DNA from: a virus
Virus record (IMG/VR): IMGVR_UViG_3300029922_000003
Length of the DNA stretch: 64,000 nt
Reading direction: 5' to 3' (one strand)
Position numbers and translations under genes: made by a program
The notes under the pieces: model-generated
What the model saw: only the letters and a program-made list of their open reading frames with translations
Database searches by the model: none
What the model was told of the DNA's origin: nothing
Part shown: positions 55,440-64,000 of the stretch, piece by piece
Layout of the letters: every line of letters begins with the position of its first letter
How positions within the stretch are numbered: position 1 is the stretch's first letter

Positions 55440-55867
55440 TGCATGAATAGGCAAATAGAACACGGAGAACAGCCAGTGGAAATCCCTCCACCTCCATCAG
55501 AACCTTGTGGCCCCACGCCAGGACCAAATCCTGTTGCCCCCCTCGCCCCAGTAGCTCCAACTGGTCCAACCGACCCCATCGCCCCAGTAGCTCCAACAAC
55601 AACTCCATCGCCACCTTGAGGTCCAACTGGCCCCGCCGGACCCTGTGGACCGATACCACCCGCTGGTCCAGGAGGTCCTGCCGGCCCAGTACTTACAGCA
55701 ATAGTACCTGCAGGCCCAGTAGGGCCAGTGCATCCTTGTACTCCTTCCAGTGATACAGAAAGTGGTGGTGGAGCTGTATTAATCTTTGGGCACAGTGGTT
55801 CTACGCTAGTAGATGGACCAGTGCACCCAAGAACCGTTGGTGGAATAAAATCGCAATCCTGTTCCAT
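55436..55867 (-). CDS. Collagen-like protein, paralog 1
   Basis: Same architecture; ends CSPCSIC. Confidence 0.85.
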   Translation of the reverse strand: MEQDCDFIPPTVLGCTGPSTSVEPLCPKINTAPPPLSVSLEGVQGCTGPTGPAGTIAVSTGPAGPPGPAGGIGPQGPAGPVGPQGGDGVVVGATGAMGSVGPVGATGARGATGFGPGVGPQGSDGGGGISTGCSPCSICLFMQ

Positions 55868-55871
55868 ATTA

Positions 55872-56696
55872 TTAAGGGCATTGCGCAGAATTGTTGGCGG
55901 GGTCTAGTGAAATCATTATGCTATTTGTAGATGGGCTATCTTTTATAATAACTCCAGGTCCAGCTACAATACTAAATACATCGTTGTTGTCTGGTGAGGC
56001 TCCATTAATAAGGGAAACATTTCCGTCACATACCCCATTGTCTGTACCATAGTAGACTTGTTGTCCAAGACCATACCCCTGTTGAGTAGTAAGAACAACT
56101 CCGCTACCGGACTGAGTAACTTCATTGTTTATGCCAGGAAGGAACACTACATCTCCGGTTATAAATCTTTCTGGGTTTCCGACCTGGGAGTGAATGACAC
56201 TAAGGCTATCAATAACAATACCACCCACATTCATCAATTGGGCCGGCTCCACAAACATAGGTCCTACCGTAGCGGATCCATTATTTTCAGGGATGAGCAC
56301 TGACAAAATTGGAGAATCAACAACTATTTTTACCTCAAGTGACTTAGCTCCAGAACTGGCAAGTAGCGTACTCTTGGATAGATATGGCCAGGTACTATTT
56401 GCGGCTGGGACATAAAAGCAAACAGTCCTTGATATAAGAGTATTGCCAGAGATGAGCTCAAAAAACAAATGAACCATACCAGTCTGTACAAATGATTCGT
56501 ATCCAGTGGGAACTGGGTGCCCAGATGTCTGGTCATAGATCATGTAGAAATTTGGTAGCGTATTTATTCCGAGTCTACTCCACCCCCTAAAATCTAGAAA
56601 ACAGGAATCTGGAACACTACTTGAGATAGTGTTCTCTACAAAAGGAAATGCCCTGTTGGCATTTTCATCTAAGAATGTAGGGAATAGTCCTGTCAA
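55872..56696 (-). CDS. Baseplate/tail-associated paralog family member
   Basis: N-terminal [12 protein letters not shown]; C-terminal C...INGASPD motif. Confidence 0.65.
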   Translation of the reverse strand: MTGLFPTFLDENANRAFPFVENTISSSVPDSCFLDFRGWSRLGINTLPNFYMIYDQTSGHPVPTGYESFVQTGMVHLFFELISGNTLISRTVCFYVPAANSTWPYLSKSTLLASSGAKSLEVKIVVDSPILSVLIPENNGSATVGPMFVEPAQLMNVGGIVIDSLSVIHSQVGNPERFITGDVVFLPGINNEVTQSGSGVVLTTQQGYGLGQQVYYGTDNGVCDGNVSLINGASPDNNDVFSIVAGPGVIIKDSPSTNSIMISLDPANNSAQCP

Positions 56697-57403
56697 TTTG
56701 ATAGAGATATTTGGATTCCATTTGGAATCGGATTTATTCTTATAATTTGCTGCACATCAGTAGAAGAAGCTGGTTGTCCAACATCCTGTGCCCTGATGAA
56801 AAGATTTCCATTCTTTGTTGTAATGGAGTTAATAGACTTTAGCGGTTGGAACGTTTTTAAGCAACAGTCTGAGCTATTGTCCCCCCCAATACTATTTACT
56901 ACAACATTACTGCCAGTACCAGTAATAGTGACCCCCTCTCCCTCAACAAGCTTGATAACTCCACTGTAGACATCTCTACCGATTTGTATAGAAGATACCT
57001 GTTTGGGGCTAAAGACAAAAATACATAGTGGATCTACTAGAATTGTGCCATCTTTGATCGAAGAGGAGGAGCTAGTAATAAAAGGAACCATAGATGGAGC
57101 AGATTCTCCAAAGACAATTGTACCAACCTGCTTGCCCCTTGAAGATGTAATTGGAGCAGCTGCGTTACATGAATTAAACGATGTCTGGCTAAATGAAAAT
57201 ACCTCGCCACTGTCTGACTTTAAAATCCCATTAATTACACTGCCACTCTGAGACAAAGATGATAGCCAGATGGATTGGGAACCATAAGACGCAATAGATA
57301 TATCAACAAAAAGATTGTTGGGGAAATACCCAGAAGAACCAATAAATGGGAACTCCTGACTCTCATGTTGATTTCTCCACTCTGTATAAATATCTGTTTC
57401 CAT
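56693..57403 (-). CDS. Baseplate/tail-associated paralog family member
   Basis: WRNQHESQEFPF; CC...INSI...GN. Confidence 0.65.
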   Translation of the reverse strand: METDIYTEWRNQHESQEFPFIGSSGYFPNNLFVDISIASYGSQSIWLSSLSQSGSVINGILKSDSGEVFSFSQTSFNSCNAAAPITSSRGKQVGTIVFGESAPSMVPFITSSSSSIKDGTILVDPLCIFVFSPKQVSSIQIGRDVYSGVIKLVEGEGVTITGTGSNVVVNSIGGDNSSDCCLKTFQPLKSINSITTKNGNLFIRAQDVGQPASSTDVQQIIRINPIPNGIQISLSN

Positions 57404-58236
57404 TATGATGTAAGGTATGACTCACTTGGGAGTCTTCCATCTGGGAATGGCAATGTTTGAGTCTTATTACACGCTGTCTGTGCTGTTTGTGGCAAAGACA
57501 ATAATATGCCATCGGACACATTGGTTATCTGCAACCCAAATGATGGGTCTACAACTATATTTATATTACCAGAGGAGTCTGGAGAAACGGTATTTATTTT
57601 TGCAATTGGAGGCAACAAGCAGTCGCACAGATTTGAGGCAGGGGTGCAGAGAGTAGAAATGTCTCCAGTGGAAGATAGATAAAATACAATACTGTATTCA
57701 ATAACCCCATTGACTACCTCCGAGCTTACGCTAGTAAGTAGCTCCCCTGATGCTGATATCAATACATTTCCAGTAAACTTTCCCCCACCACCTGACACAG
57801 AGGAAACAACCTCTGGACCCGCTGCCATAAAGCAGTGTGAGGAGAGATAGTTGGATGTTTTACTCAGCTTGTGCAATCCAGATCCAGACCAATGAGATAG
57901 TGTAGAAACCTCCCCAAAGGCAACCCACCCAGAAACATCAAAGTTGCCAACGCTTATAATATTTGCCACTGAATAGTCACTGGATATAGGTACCTGAGCT
58001 ATAAAAGAATCTTGCCCAGAAAAGCTGTCGTAAAACGAAGCAGTAATTAGAGTTTTAGAAAAATGAATCGAAGAAAGCACTGGTTGGAAGTCGTTGGATT
58101 GTGCAACCACCATGCAATCCACAATGATTGATGGAACAAGCACAAACCCAGTGTCAGACACTGGAGTGTCTCCGTATTCCAGCGGGAAAGACCTCAGCGA
58201 ATTTAAGTTGAACCAATCTTCTTTTGTTCCGATCAT
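57403..58236 (-). CDS. Baseplate/tail-associated paralog family member
   Basis: WFNLNSLRSFPL; CDC...INTVSPDSSGNI. Confidence 0.65.
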   Translation of the reverse strand: MIGTKEDWFNLNSLRSFPLEYGDTPVSDTGFVLVPSIIVDCMVVAQSNDFQPVLSSIHFSKTLITASFYDSFSGQDSFIAQVPISSDYSVANIISVGNFDVSGWVAFGEVSTLSHWSGSGLHKLSKTSNYLSSHCFMAAGPEVVSSVSGGGGKFTGNVLISASGELLTSVSSEVVNGVIEYSIVFYLSSTGDISTLCTPASNLCDCLLPPIAKINTVSPDSSGNINIVVDPSFGLQITNVSDGILLSLPQTAQTACNKTQTLPFPDGRLPSESYLTS

Positions 58237-59759
58237 GGCACTAGCTGTTTAATATCCCATTGTGGGATTGTGTTTGGTTTCCCGCACGAATTTAGAGTGA
58301 TTGGTTGACCATCAACCACCTTAGCAGTGTAGTGATCTAATTTGCACCCATAATTCTTGTTTGCCCCATATATACCATTTGAATAAGCGTCGACAGTAAT
58401 ACCAATCGTTCTAATGTCTCGGGATAATTCAGTGTTGTCTACAAATATCAAATCTACAAAACTACCTGGAGCAACTGGTGATTGAGTGCAGTAATCAGTA
58501 ACACCAGCCACTGTGGGGACTTGATTGGAGAATGATCCTGCATAGTCCTTGCTAGTACCCACAAGTGGAGGAAGTGTGGGTGGCACTCCAACATACAAAA
58601 TACTATCGCCATCAACAATAGAGAATTGTGATGGTAGTACAGTGGGATCATTCCCAGTAATATTGATAGAAAAGTGGATGTATGCAGGCAGTACACAAAC
58701 ATTCTGGAGGCTCACCTTGAAGTAGTTTGGATATACCCTCAAGTTTCTGACTTGGACTATGGGAGCTCTAGCATTATTGATTGTATCTACAGCCTCGTTG
58801 TATAGGGCTGTATTAGCTTGGATCATGTTAGATAGAATTGTGCACAGATCTTTTAGCTTTTGAGACCGCCTAGAAATAGCAGCACTGACGGCTCTATATT
58901 CTTCACAAGAGCAGCATGGTAGGCAGCTGCTTAAGATCTGAATAGTGTTTGCTACAACACCACCCCCATCAACGGGAGGTTGCTCGATGTGGTGCAAGCA
59001 ATCAGAAGTAGAGAGCGTTACATTGGAAGTAGGACCAGAACCAGAGACATCATTTATCCACAACAGCTCTCCAGAGACACCAGGGGTTCCACCATCTCCT
59101 GCTCCTGGAATAGAATCCAGGATAATCATAGATGGGTCGGCAAGGTCTTGGGTAATACTTATGTTATCTCCTCCGATTATTTTCTGGGTCACCTCCCTAC
59201 CCCACGTAGACTCAGGAGGGATTGGGGGAACCTGAGAGGTCGGCGAGTTGGTAGCAACAGGCTCAATAAAAATTCTCCTTATTGTGTGAGGTCCAGGATT
59301 AACCACACTATCGTCAATGGCAGACTGGCTTGACAAAAAACTTAATGTGTAAGCTCCAGACACGAGCGATCCAGCGCTCATTATCCATAGAGCCAAACTT
59401 GAATCTGGATCCCACTTCGCTCCTGGAGTAAAGGTTAGGCAGGAGTATTGAGTAGAGGACTTTACGGAGATCGGATGACCCACCCTACTTACAGAATTTA
59501 ATAGCCTATCTACAGTGACAACGATTGCTACTGTAGAATCTGAGATATAACTCAGTGTAAGTTCATACTGGTCAGCAGTTTGAAAGTATCGAATTAGTGA
59601 CAGGTAGACATCGTGATTGTGCCACCTGCCTGGTGTAAACTTAAGATCTACAATAAAGTCAAAAGGGATCGCTGGGTTTGACTGATTTTCTAAAACAGTT
59701 TCAGAAAATGGAAAAACCCTTATTGAATTCTCTTGTTGCCATCCTTGGGTATCTATCAC
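58233..59759 (-). CDS. Baseplate/tail-associated paralog family member with a Cys cluster and coiled coil
   Basis: WQQENSIRVFPF; INDVS; CLPCCSCEE plus heptads. Confidence 0.65.
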   Translation of the reverse strand: MIDTQGWQQENSIRVFPFSETVLENQSNPAIPFDFIVDLKFTPGRWHNHDVYLSLIRYFQTADQYELTLSYISDSTVAIVVTVDRLLNSVSRVGHPISVKSSTQYSCLTFTPGAKWDPDSSLALWIMSAGSLVSGAYTLSFLSSQSAIDDSVVNPGPHTIRRIFIEPVATNSPTSQVPPIPPESTWGREVTQKIIGGDNISITQDLADPSMIILDSIPGAGDGGTPGVSGELLWINDVSGSGPTSNVTLSTSDCLHHIEQPPVDGGGVVANTIQILSSCLPCCSCEEYRAVSAAISRRSQKLKDLCTILSNMIQANTALYNEAVDTINNARAPIVQVRNLRVYPNYFKVSLQNVCVLPAYIHFSINITGNDPTVLPSQFSIVDGDSILYVGVPPTLPPLVGTSKDYAGSFSNQVPTVAGVTDYCTQSPVAPGSFVDLIFVDNTELSRDIRTIGITVDAYSNGIYGANKNYGCKLDHYTAKVVDGQPITLNSCGKPNTIPQWDIKQLVP

Positions 59760-60697
59760 AGATTGGAGATTAGGTTTGCCAGCATTTCACTCTGCTGACC
59801 TTGGGTACTGGAAATTAATGCTGCAAGAGTGGTCTCTTGAGCCCTGAGCTGCTCTAGGGCAGTAGTTAGTATCTCGAGCTGGGTGCATCCACAACATGAT
59901 GTAGAACATGTGTCTATGATTTGGATACTGTTTGTTGCCGGGTCTGTAGTTATCTGGATACAGTCAGATCCCTCTAGAAAGATCCTGCCATTGGCGTCTG
60001 GAGATACACCATTTATCTGTGTAATAGGAGATGGGACAAATGCTAAAGCGTTGTTACAGGTAGAAGTTTCTACCAGGTTCTCTCCATTGATAGCATCAAT
60101 ACGAATTACACCATACGGATCTGAATCTAACTGTTCGTAGGTAAGCCTAATGTTCTGCCCAGCCTTTAGTTTAAGAACATCTGTAGCTGTGTATAGCAGG
60201 GAGTTGCTAGGGTTGTAGATCTCAACCGACTGAAGAGCCGGCACTGAAACAAACTGGGTGTTTGCCTCAAATAGTGTACTTGCTGGCAGGAATTTAAAAA
60301 CTCCAATACCTTCACTGATTGTCTCAGAAATATCTCCAACGCCAATAGACCCCAGTACAGACACATTCGATCCAGATCCAACAAACGAATAGTAAGAGTC
60401 CTGAGTAAAAGAACTCCCCTCAATAGTTACTGTTGAAATTTGAATTGGAGATACAGTTGTGTCGCTAGGTTGGAACGAAATCTCGATAGACACATTGTCC
60501 TCAGAGACAGTTAGTGTGGATATATAGAACGTACCACCCACATAGCTCCTGGGGTAGTTGATCTGGAAAGCAACTACTAAACTATTTGGTATTACAAACG
60601 CACCAGAAACATCCGTCCTACTAGCATTCTCTTGAATCGGATAGTTTCTTTGTGAGTTTGAGTTTAGCCATTCTGGAAATACAATACTTTCTGACAT
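59756..60697 (-). CDS. Baseplate/tail-associated paralog family member with a Cys cluster and coiled coil
   Basis: WLNSNSQRNYPI; INGVSPDANG; CSTSCCGC plus heptads. Confidence 0.65.
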   Translation of the reverse strand: MSESIVFPEWLNSNSQRNYPIQENASRTDVSGAFVIPNSLVVAFQINYPRSYVGGTFYISTLTVSEDNVSIEISFQPSDTTVSPIQISTVTIEGSSFTQDSYYSFVGSGSNVSVLGSIGVGDISETISEGIGVFKFLPASTLFEANTQFVSVPALQSVEIYNPSNSLLYTATDVLKLKAGQNIRLTYEQLDSDPYGVIRIDAINGENLVETSTCNNALAFVPSPITQINGVSPDANGRIFLEGSDCIQITTDPATNSIQIIDTCSTSCCGCTQLEILTTALEQLRAQETTLAALISSTQGQQSEMLANLISNL

Positions 60698-60706
60698 TTG
60701 GATCTA

Positions 60707-62986
60707 TTATGATGTAGTTAGCTGCCAGTTGACACTGGTGAATCCGATATTCCCTGTGTATGAGTCAGCTTGACCATCAATAATAGAAGCAACTCTCTCG
60801 ATTACTGTCAAGATTGAATCCCCTGGAAGCAGCCCTTGTGGATTTGACCCACCATTACTAACAGTCCCACTTGTCAGAACAACTCCACTCGCTGGTGGAG
60901 ATGAAGAGGTAACAATAGAAGACACACTTGGATAGCTTGGGATAAGGACCGAATACGCAGTGTAATTAGCAAGACTGACAGACCAGTACTGGACTGCAAA
61001 GGCAGAGGACTCAATAAAGCTGCTTAGATTTACTCCATTCCTAAGAACGTAATGAGTAGACTTGAATGTAGCAATTACTGGAGCACTACCAACTGAGGTT
61101 GACCCAAAGATTGACGATGCAATTGTTAAAGAAATGTTCCCAACAATCCCGTTCACAGGAATGTTGACTTTAGAGACGATCTGACACTTTGTTGTAGATG
61201 GTGGCAAGAAAAGCACACACGGAGTAATACCATTATAAAGACTCTCCTTGGCATTCTTCAAAGACACAATAGATACCTCCCCTGATGTCTGTACTCCATC
61301 TGTAGACAGGGTTAGAGCACCGGTTTGCTGCCCATTTATGTTGGTGGTGCTACCAACGATCTTTATGCCAGCTCCAGCGGTCAGTCGACTGACCAAAGCG
61401 GATGTAAGGAATTTCTGAGATGTTGGGTCGGTTCCTGCTATGCACGAATTACTGTCCGGTCCAGCAAGTGTGTTTAAGTCTAGTGTTAGACCTAGTGCAA
61501 GATTGCCAGATGTTGCAGGATTTCCTGTTAGGCAATCCGTAACTGAAATGGCATTGCTATTGCTCTGAAGAGAAACAACAAGTGGTTTTGCAGTGCTAAT
61601 GTTGGCACTGGAAAAGAATACCTCAAGAGCCTTAAAATATGGAGAATTCGGATCTTCTGCACTGCGAGCATTGTAGTCGTATGGCCATGGAGCATATAGC
61701 CTAAGATTTACTGTATCAATAGCTGCTGGGATCCACAGTAGATCCTGAGGAAGGCAATAAAAATCCTGACCGGCAGAAAGTGACACTCCATTGTTGGAGA
61801 TCTCAACAGAACTGGTAGGGGTTGGAGGCCACACGGAATTGAGTGGTACATCCCCCTCCCTTACGTATCTAAATACTGGTCCAGAGACAACCTGGTTGTC
61901 GAATGGATTTAGGTTAGCCCATCCAGTCAAATCTGATGGGAGGAAAAACTTAAATCGGTCTGTGTTAATGGCAATCCCTTGGACACTGTCCGTAATATCA
62001 GATGCCAATGTATTTGTGGAATACGTTGCATCCTGCCTGAAGAAAGCAACAGACAATCCTGTATTGGGGACAGCATACCAAGACCCGTAGGTTGGCCAAG
62101 CATTCCCAGTAACAGATGTAATAGAAGCTCCACTTCCTGATCCGCCAGTGTGATCAGGTTTTGATTGATCTAGGGACGAGCCACCCCAGACATCAACCCC
62201 CATTAGTCCACCAGAGTCTCTATATATCTCAACTCTAAATTCTGCTCCATATCCAACAGACGGTGTAGTCCCATTGCCCTTTATCGCAACCAAGATGTTT
62301 GGAGGAGTGTTGGACGCTGGTGAGTAGAAGTAATCTACATACCTATTACCACTGATAGTAACGCCACCAGACCCATCCGTATTCTGGCTGGATGCTGGCT
62401 TCGCGTGCAGAGGGAAATTGTAGTGGATGTGAGACTCAAATATATCTTTCTGGAGTGGAGACACAAAAGCAGAATCTCCGCTGAGGAATCCCAATTGGAC
62501 AATGGGGGCATTTGCCACCGAAGTCATCTTCCCAGGAGTCTTTGAGGATAGATAGTATCTACCAGGGGTATATGTCTGGCCTCCCTCAAGCATATAGGAT
62601 GTATTAAATCCAAGAACAGAAAGAGATTGAATATACCCACTCATCAGAATGGATCCAAGGTTGCTAGATGCACTCACGCACACTCCAACGACATAAGTCC
62701 TAGGAGTTGCTGTATACTGCTTTAGGGTTGTATTGTAAACCCCTTCAGCAATAGCCTGTTTGTAGGACTGAGAAGAGGAGTCAAAATAAACCCAATCTCC
62801 CACTTGAACTGCATTATCCAAAACAACATTTTGAATAACCAACTTCCCGTTTTGAGCACTAAAGTCGTTGAGCCTCTGGTACAGGAAGTCAGTTCTACGC
62901 TGCAAAGTAGCGATAGATCTGCCAGTAACAGATTGATTTACGAGTTCCCCGTCCGAAGGGGGTTGTACGATTGGATCCCAATTCAT
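60707..62986 (-). CDS. Large tail/baseplate structural protein
   Basis: N-terminal DGE.V...R.I..L..RT.FL fibre-anchor-like motif, VGD.VY...A.A module, S/T/G-rich beta body. Confidence 0.65.
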   Translation of the reverse strand: MNWDPIVQPPSDGELVNQSVTGRSIATLQRRTDFLYQRLNDFSAQNGKLVIQNVVLDNAVQVGDWVYFDSSSQSYKQAIAEGVYNTTLKQYTATPRTYVVGVCVSASSNLGSILMSGYIQSLSVLGFNTSYMLEGGQTYTPGRYYLSSKTPGKMTSVANAPIVQLGFLSGDSAFVSPLQKDIFESHIHYNFPLHAKPASSQNTDGSGGVTISGNRYVDYFYSPASNTPPNILVAIKGNGTTPSVGYGAEFRVEIYRDSGGLMGVDVWGGSSLDQSKPDHTGGSGSGASITSVTGNAWPTYGSWYAVPNTGLSVAFFRQDATYSTNTLASDITDSVQGIAINTDRFKFFLPSDLTGWANLNPFDNQVVSGPVFRYVREGDVPLNSVWPPTPTSSVEISNNGVSLSAGQDFYCLPQDLLWIPAAIDTVNLRLYAPWPYDYNARSAEDPNSPYFKALEVFFSSANISTAKPLVVSLQSNSNAISVTDCLTGNPATSGNLALGLTLDLNTLAGPDSNSCIAGTDPTSQKFLTSALVSRLTAGAGIKIVGSTTNINGQQTGALTLSTDGVQTSGEVSIVSLKNAKESLYNGITPCVLFLPPSTTKCQIVSKVNIPVNGIVGNISLTIASSIFGSTSVGSAPVIATFKSTHYVLRNGVNLSSFIESSAFAVQYWSVSLANYTAYSVLIPSYPSVSSIVTSSSPPASGVVLTSGTVSNGGSNPQGLLPGDSILTVIERVASIIDGQADSYTGNIGFTSVNWQLTTS

Positions 62987-62987
62987 G

Positions 62988-63626
62988 TTATTGGAAAGCT
63001 AGCCCCCAGAAGCAGTCGATATAGCTATTCGCCTGTACGACAATTGGAGAGGAGAGAGCTAGGCGGCTAAACACCACGTCCTGGCTATTATCAGAATTAA
63101 CTGGAGCACAAACCAGGGCAACACCGATAATGTTGCTAGGTCCATTAGCTCCGCTGTCTGCAAAGTAATAATTTTCAGATGACTCTCCAGCCTGAGTTGC
63201 ACTAGAAGCACTAGTCGCCACAAAAGTAGACATGTTGCTTGTGTAATTTTCAGCCAGAGTTGGGGTTGCCCCATACGCGCTAAGTTTAGCTGCAGTAAAA
63301 ATAGGTATACGAAGCCAATCCTGGATAACAGAATGGTCGCTAGAGTTCATTGACTGAAAGAAGCTAGATCCCTGGCTCCTATCTGTAATTGCAGAAATGC
63401 TTGGAATTGAAGAGCTTGTGTTTATGTAGTGGTAGTACATATGCGACACAACATATCGCATATCTCCAGAGACAAGGCGAGCCATAGCGTCTGCCGCCCC
63501 ATACATAACTAGGTTTTGTTTATGAAGAACCGGAGTGAAAACGTTAGTAGACTTGCTTCGGTACCCCATCGTAACCAATCCCTTACAAGAGGGTTGGTAA
63601 ATGTCTGTAAGGTCTAGGTTGCACAT
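62988..63626 (-). CDS. Baseplate/tail-collar-type structural protein
   Basis: NLVMYGA..A.ARL...FSRL...I.W.L.F pattern of myophage baseplate proteins. Confidence 0.55.
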   Translation of the reverse strand: MCNLDLTDIYQPSCKGLVTMGYRSKSTNVFTPVLHKQNLVMYGAADAMARLVSGDMRYVVSHMYYHYINTSSSIPSISAITDRSQGSSFFQSMNSSDHSVIQDWLRIPIFTAAKLSAYGATPTLAENYTSNMSTFVATSASSATQAGESSENYYFADSGANGPSNIIGVALVCAPVNSDNSQDVVFSRLALSSPIVVQANSYIDCFWGLAFQ

Positions 63627-64000
63627 TTTGGTATTTGTTTAATCTCTAAAGTCTGCACTAAATTTGATGTATTGGAAAGATCGAATTGTTCTATTAAGAA
63701 GCCCCTGTAGTCAAGGTCATAATCATAAAAATTGTTAGATCCATAAGACCTCCCTCCTTTACTGGAAGAGCTGGCGTCAATAGATATAGCCTCTAGTATA
63801 CCAGTGGTATCAGGTGGAGCAGACCACAATGCCTGCTCCCCTGACGGGAAATCATTGAAATTCACTTCAATTAAGTCATTTAGATTAACAGAGTCAGTTT
63901 GAGTTTGGTTAGATGAAGCAGCTAGCTGGTATTGATCTATTAAATTTATTTCTAGGAATAGCATCAAAATAACATGAACAGGAGTACTAAGTTTGAGTGG
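63614..64000 (-). CDS. Baseplate wedge-like protein, C-terminal part (ORF continues beyond the window)
   Basis: Frame is open to 64000: PLKLSTPVHVIL (PAH-like motif of gpI/wedge proteins). Confidence 0.55.
   Translation of the reverse strand, partial: PLKLSTPVHVILMLFLEINLIDQYQLAASSNQTQTDSVNLNDLIEVNFNDFPSGEQALWSAPPDTTGILEAISIDASSSSKGGRSYGSNNFYDYDLDYRGFLIEQFDLSNTSNLVQTLEIKQIPKCAT

Noticed and set aside
1-64000. CRISPR array, rRNA, integrase or reverse transcriptase/DGR
   Set aside because: No regularly spaced direct repeats or recognisable motifs; the tandem repeats seen are coding (PT, Gly-X-Y, SIGTNVQA).
1-64000. Stop-codon reassignment
   Set aside because: Long conserved genes are intact in the standard code, and TAA, TAG and TGA all end real genes. 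The dnaE break is a frame change, not an in-frame stop.

Overview
64-kb segment of a large (jumbo-type) tailed dsDNA phage, probably contractile-tailed. Genes are dense, mostly on the minus strand, in the standard genetic code, with A-rich leaders lacking Shine-Dalgarno motifs. By coordinate: (1) accessory genes (partial SAM-methyltransferase-like, macro domain, PTP-like lacking the catalytic Arg); (2) a complete phage-encoded ubiquitin-like conjugation operon (Ubl, Prok-E2, lysine-desert protein, ThiF/E1, unknown, JAB); (3) an ncRNA island with tRNA-shaped RNAs (10.3-12.5 kb); (4) early/hypothetical genes including an AT-hook protein; (5) a recombination/replication block (RuvC, HNH, RecA, SSB, DnaE split in two ORFs, primase, DnaB, UvsW-like helicase, glycosyltransferase, 3'-5' exonuclease, SbcC/SbcD); (6) a Ycf46-like AAA/DUF1257/DUF2997 module and small membrane proteins; (7) terminase large subunit whose intein carries a LAGLIDADG endonuclease in a different reading frame; (8) a second ncRNA island with a degenerate tRNA, a Vsr/EDxHD-type endonuclease and a tmRNA with a 34-codon tag; (9) tail/baseplate genes including three tandem collagen-like and five tandem paralogous proteins. 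No CRISPR array or rRNA was seen. All family assignments come from motif recognition by eye, and RNA structures from manual pairing; no searches or folding programs were run.
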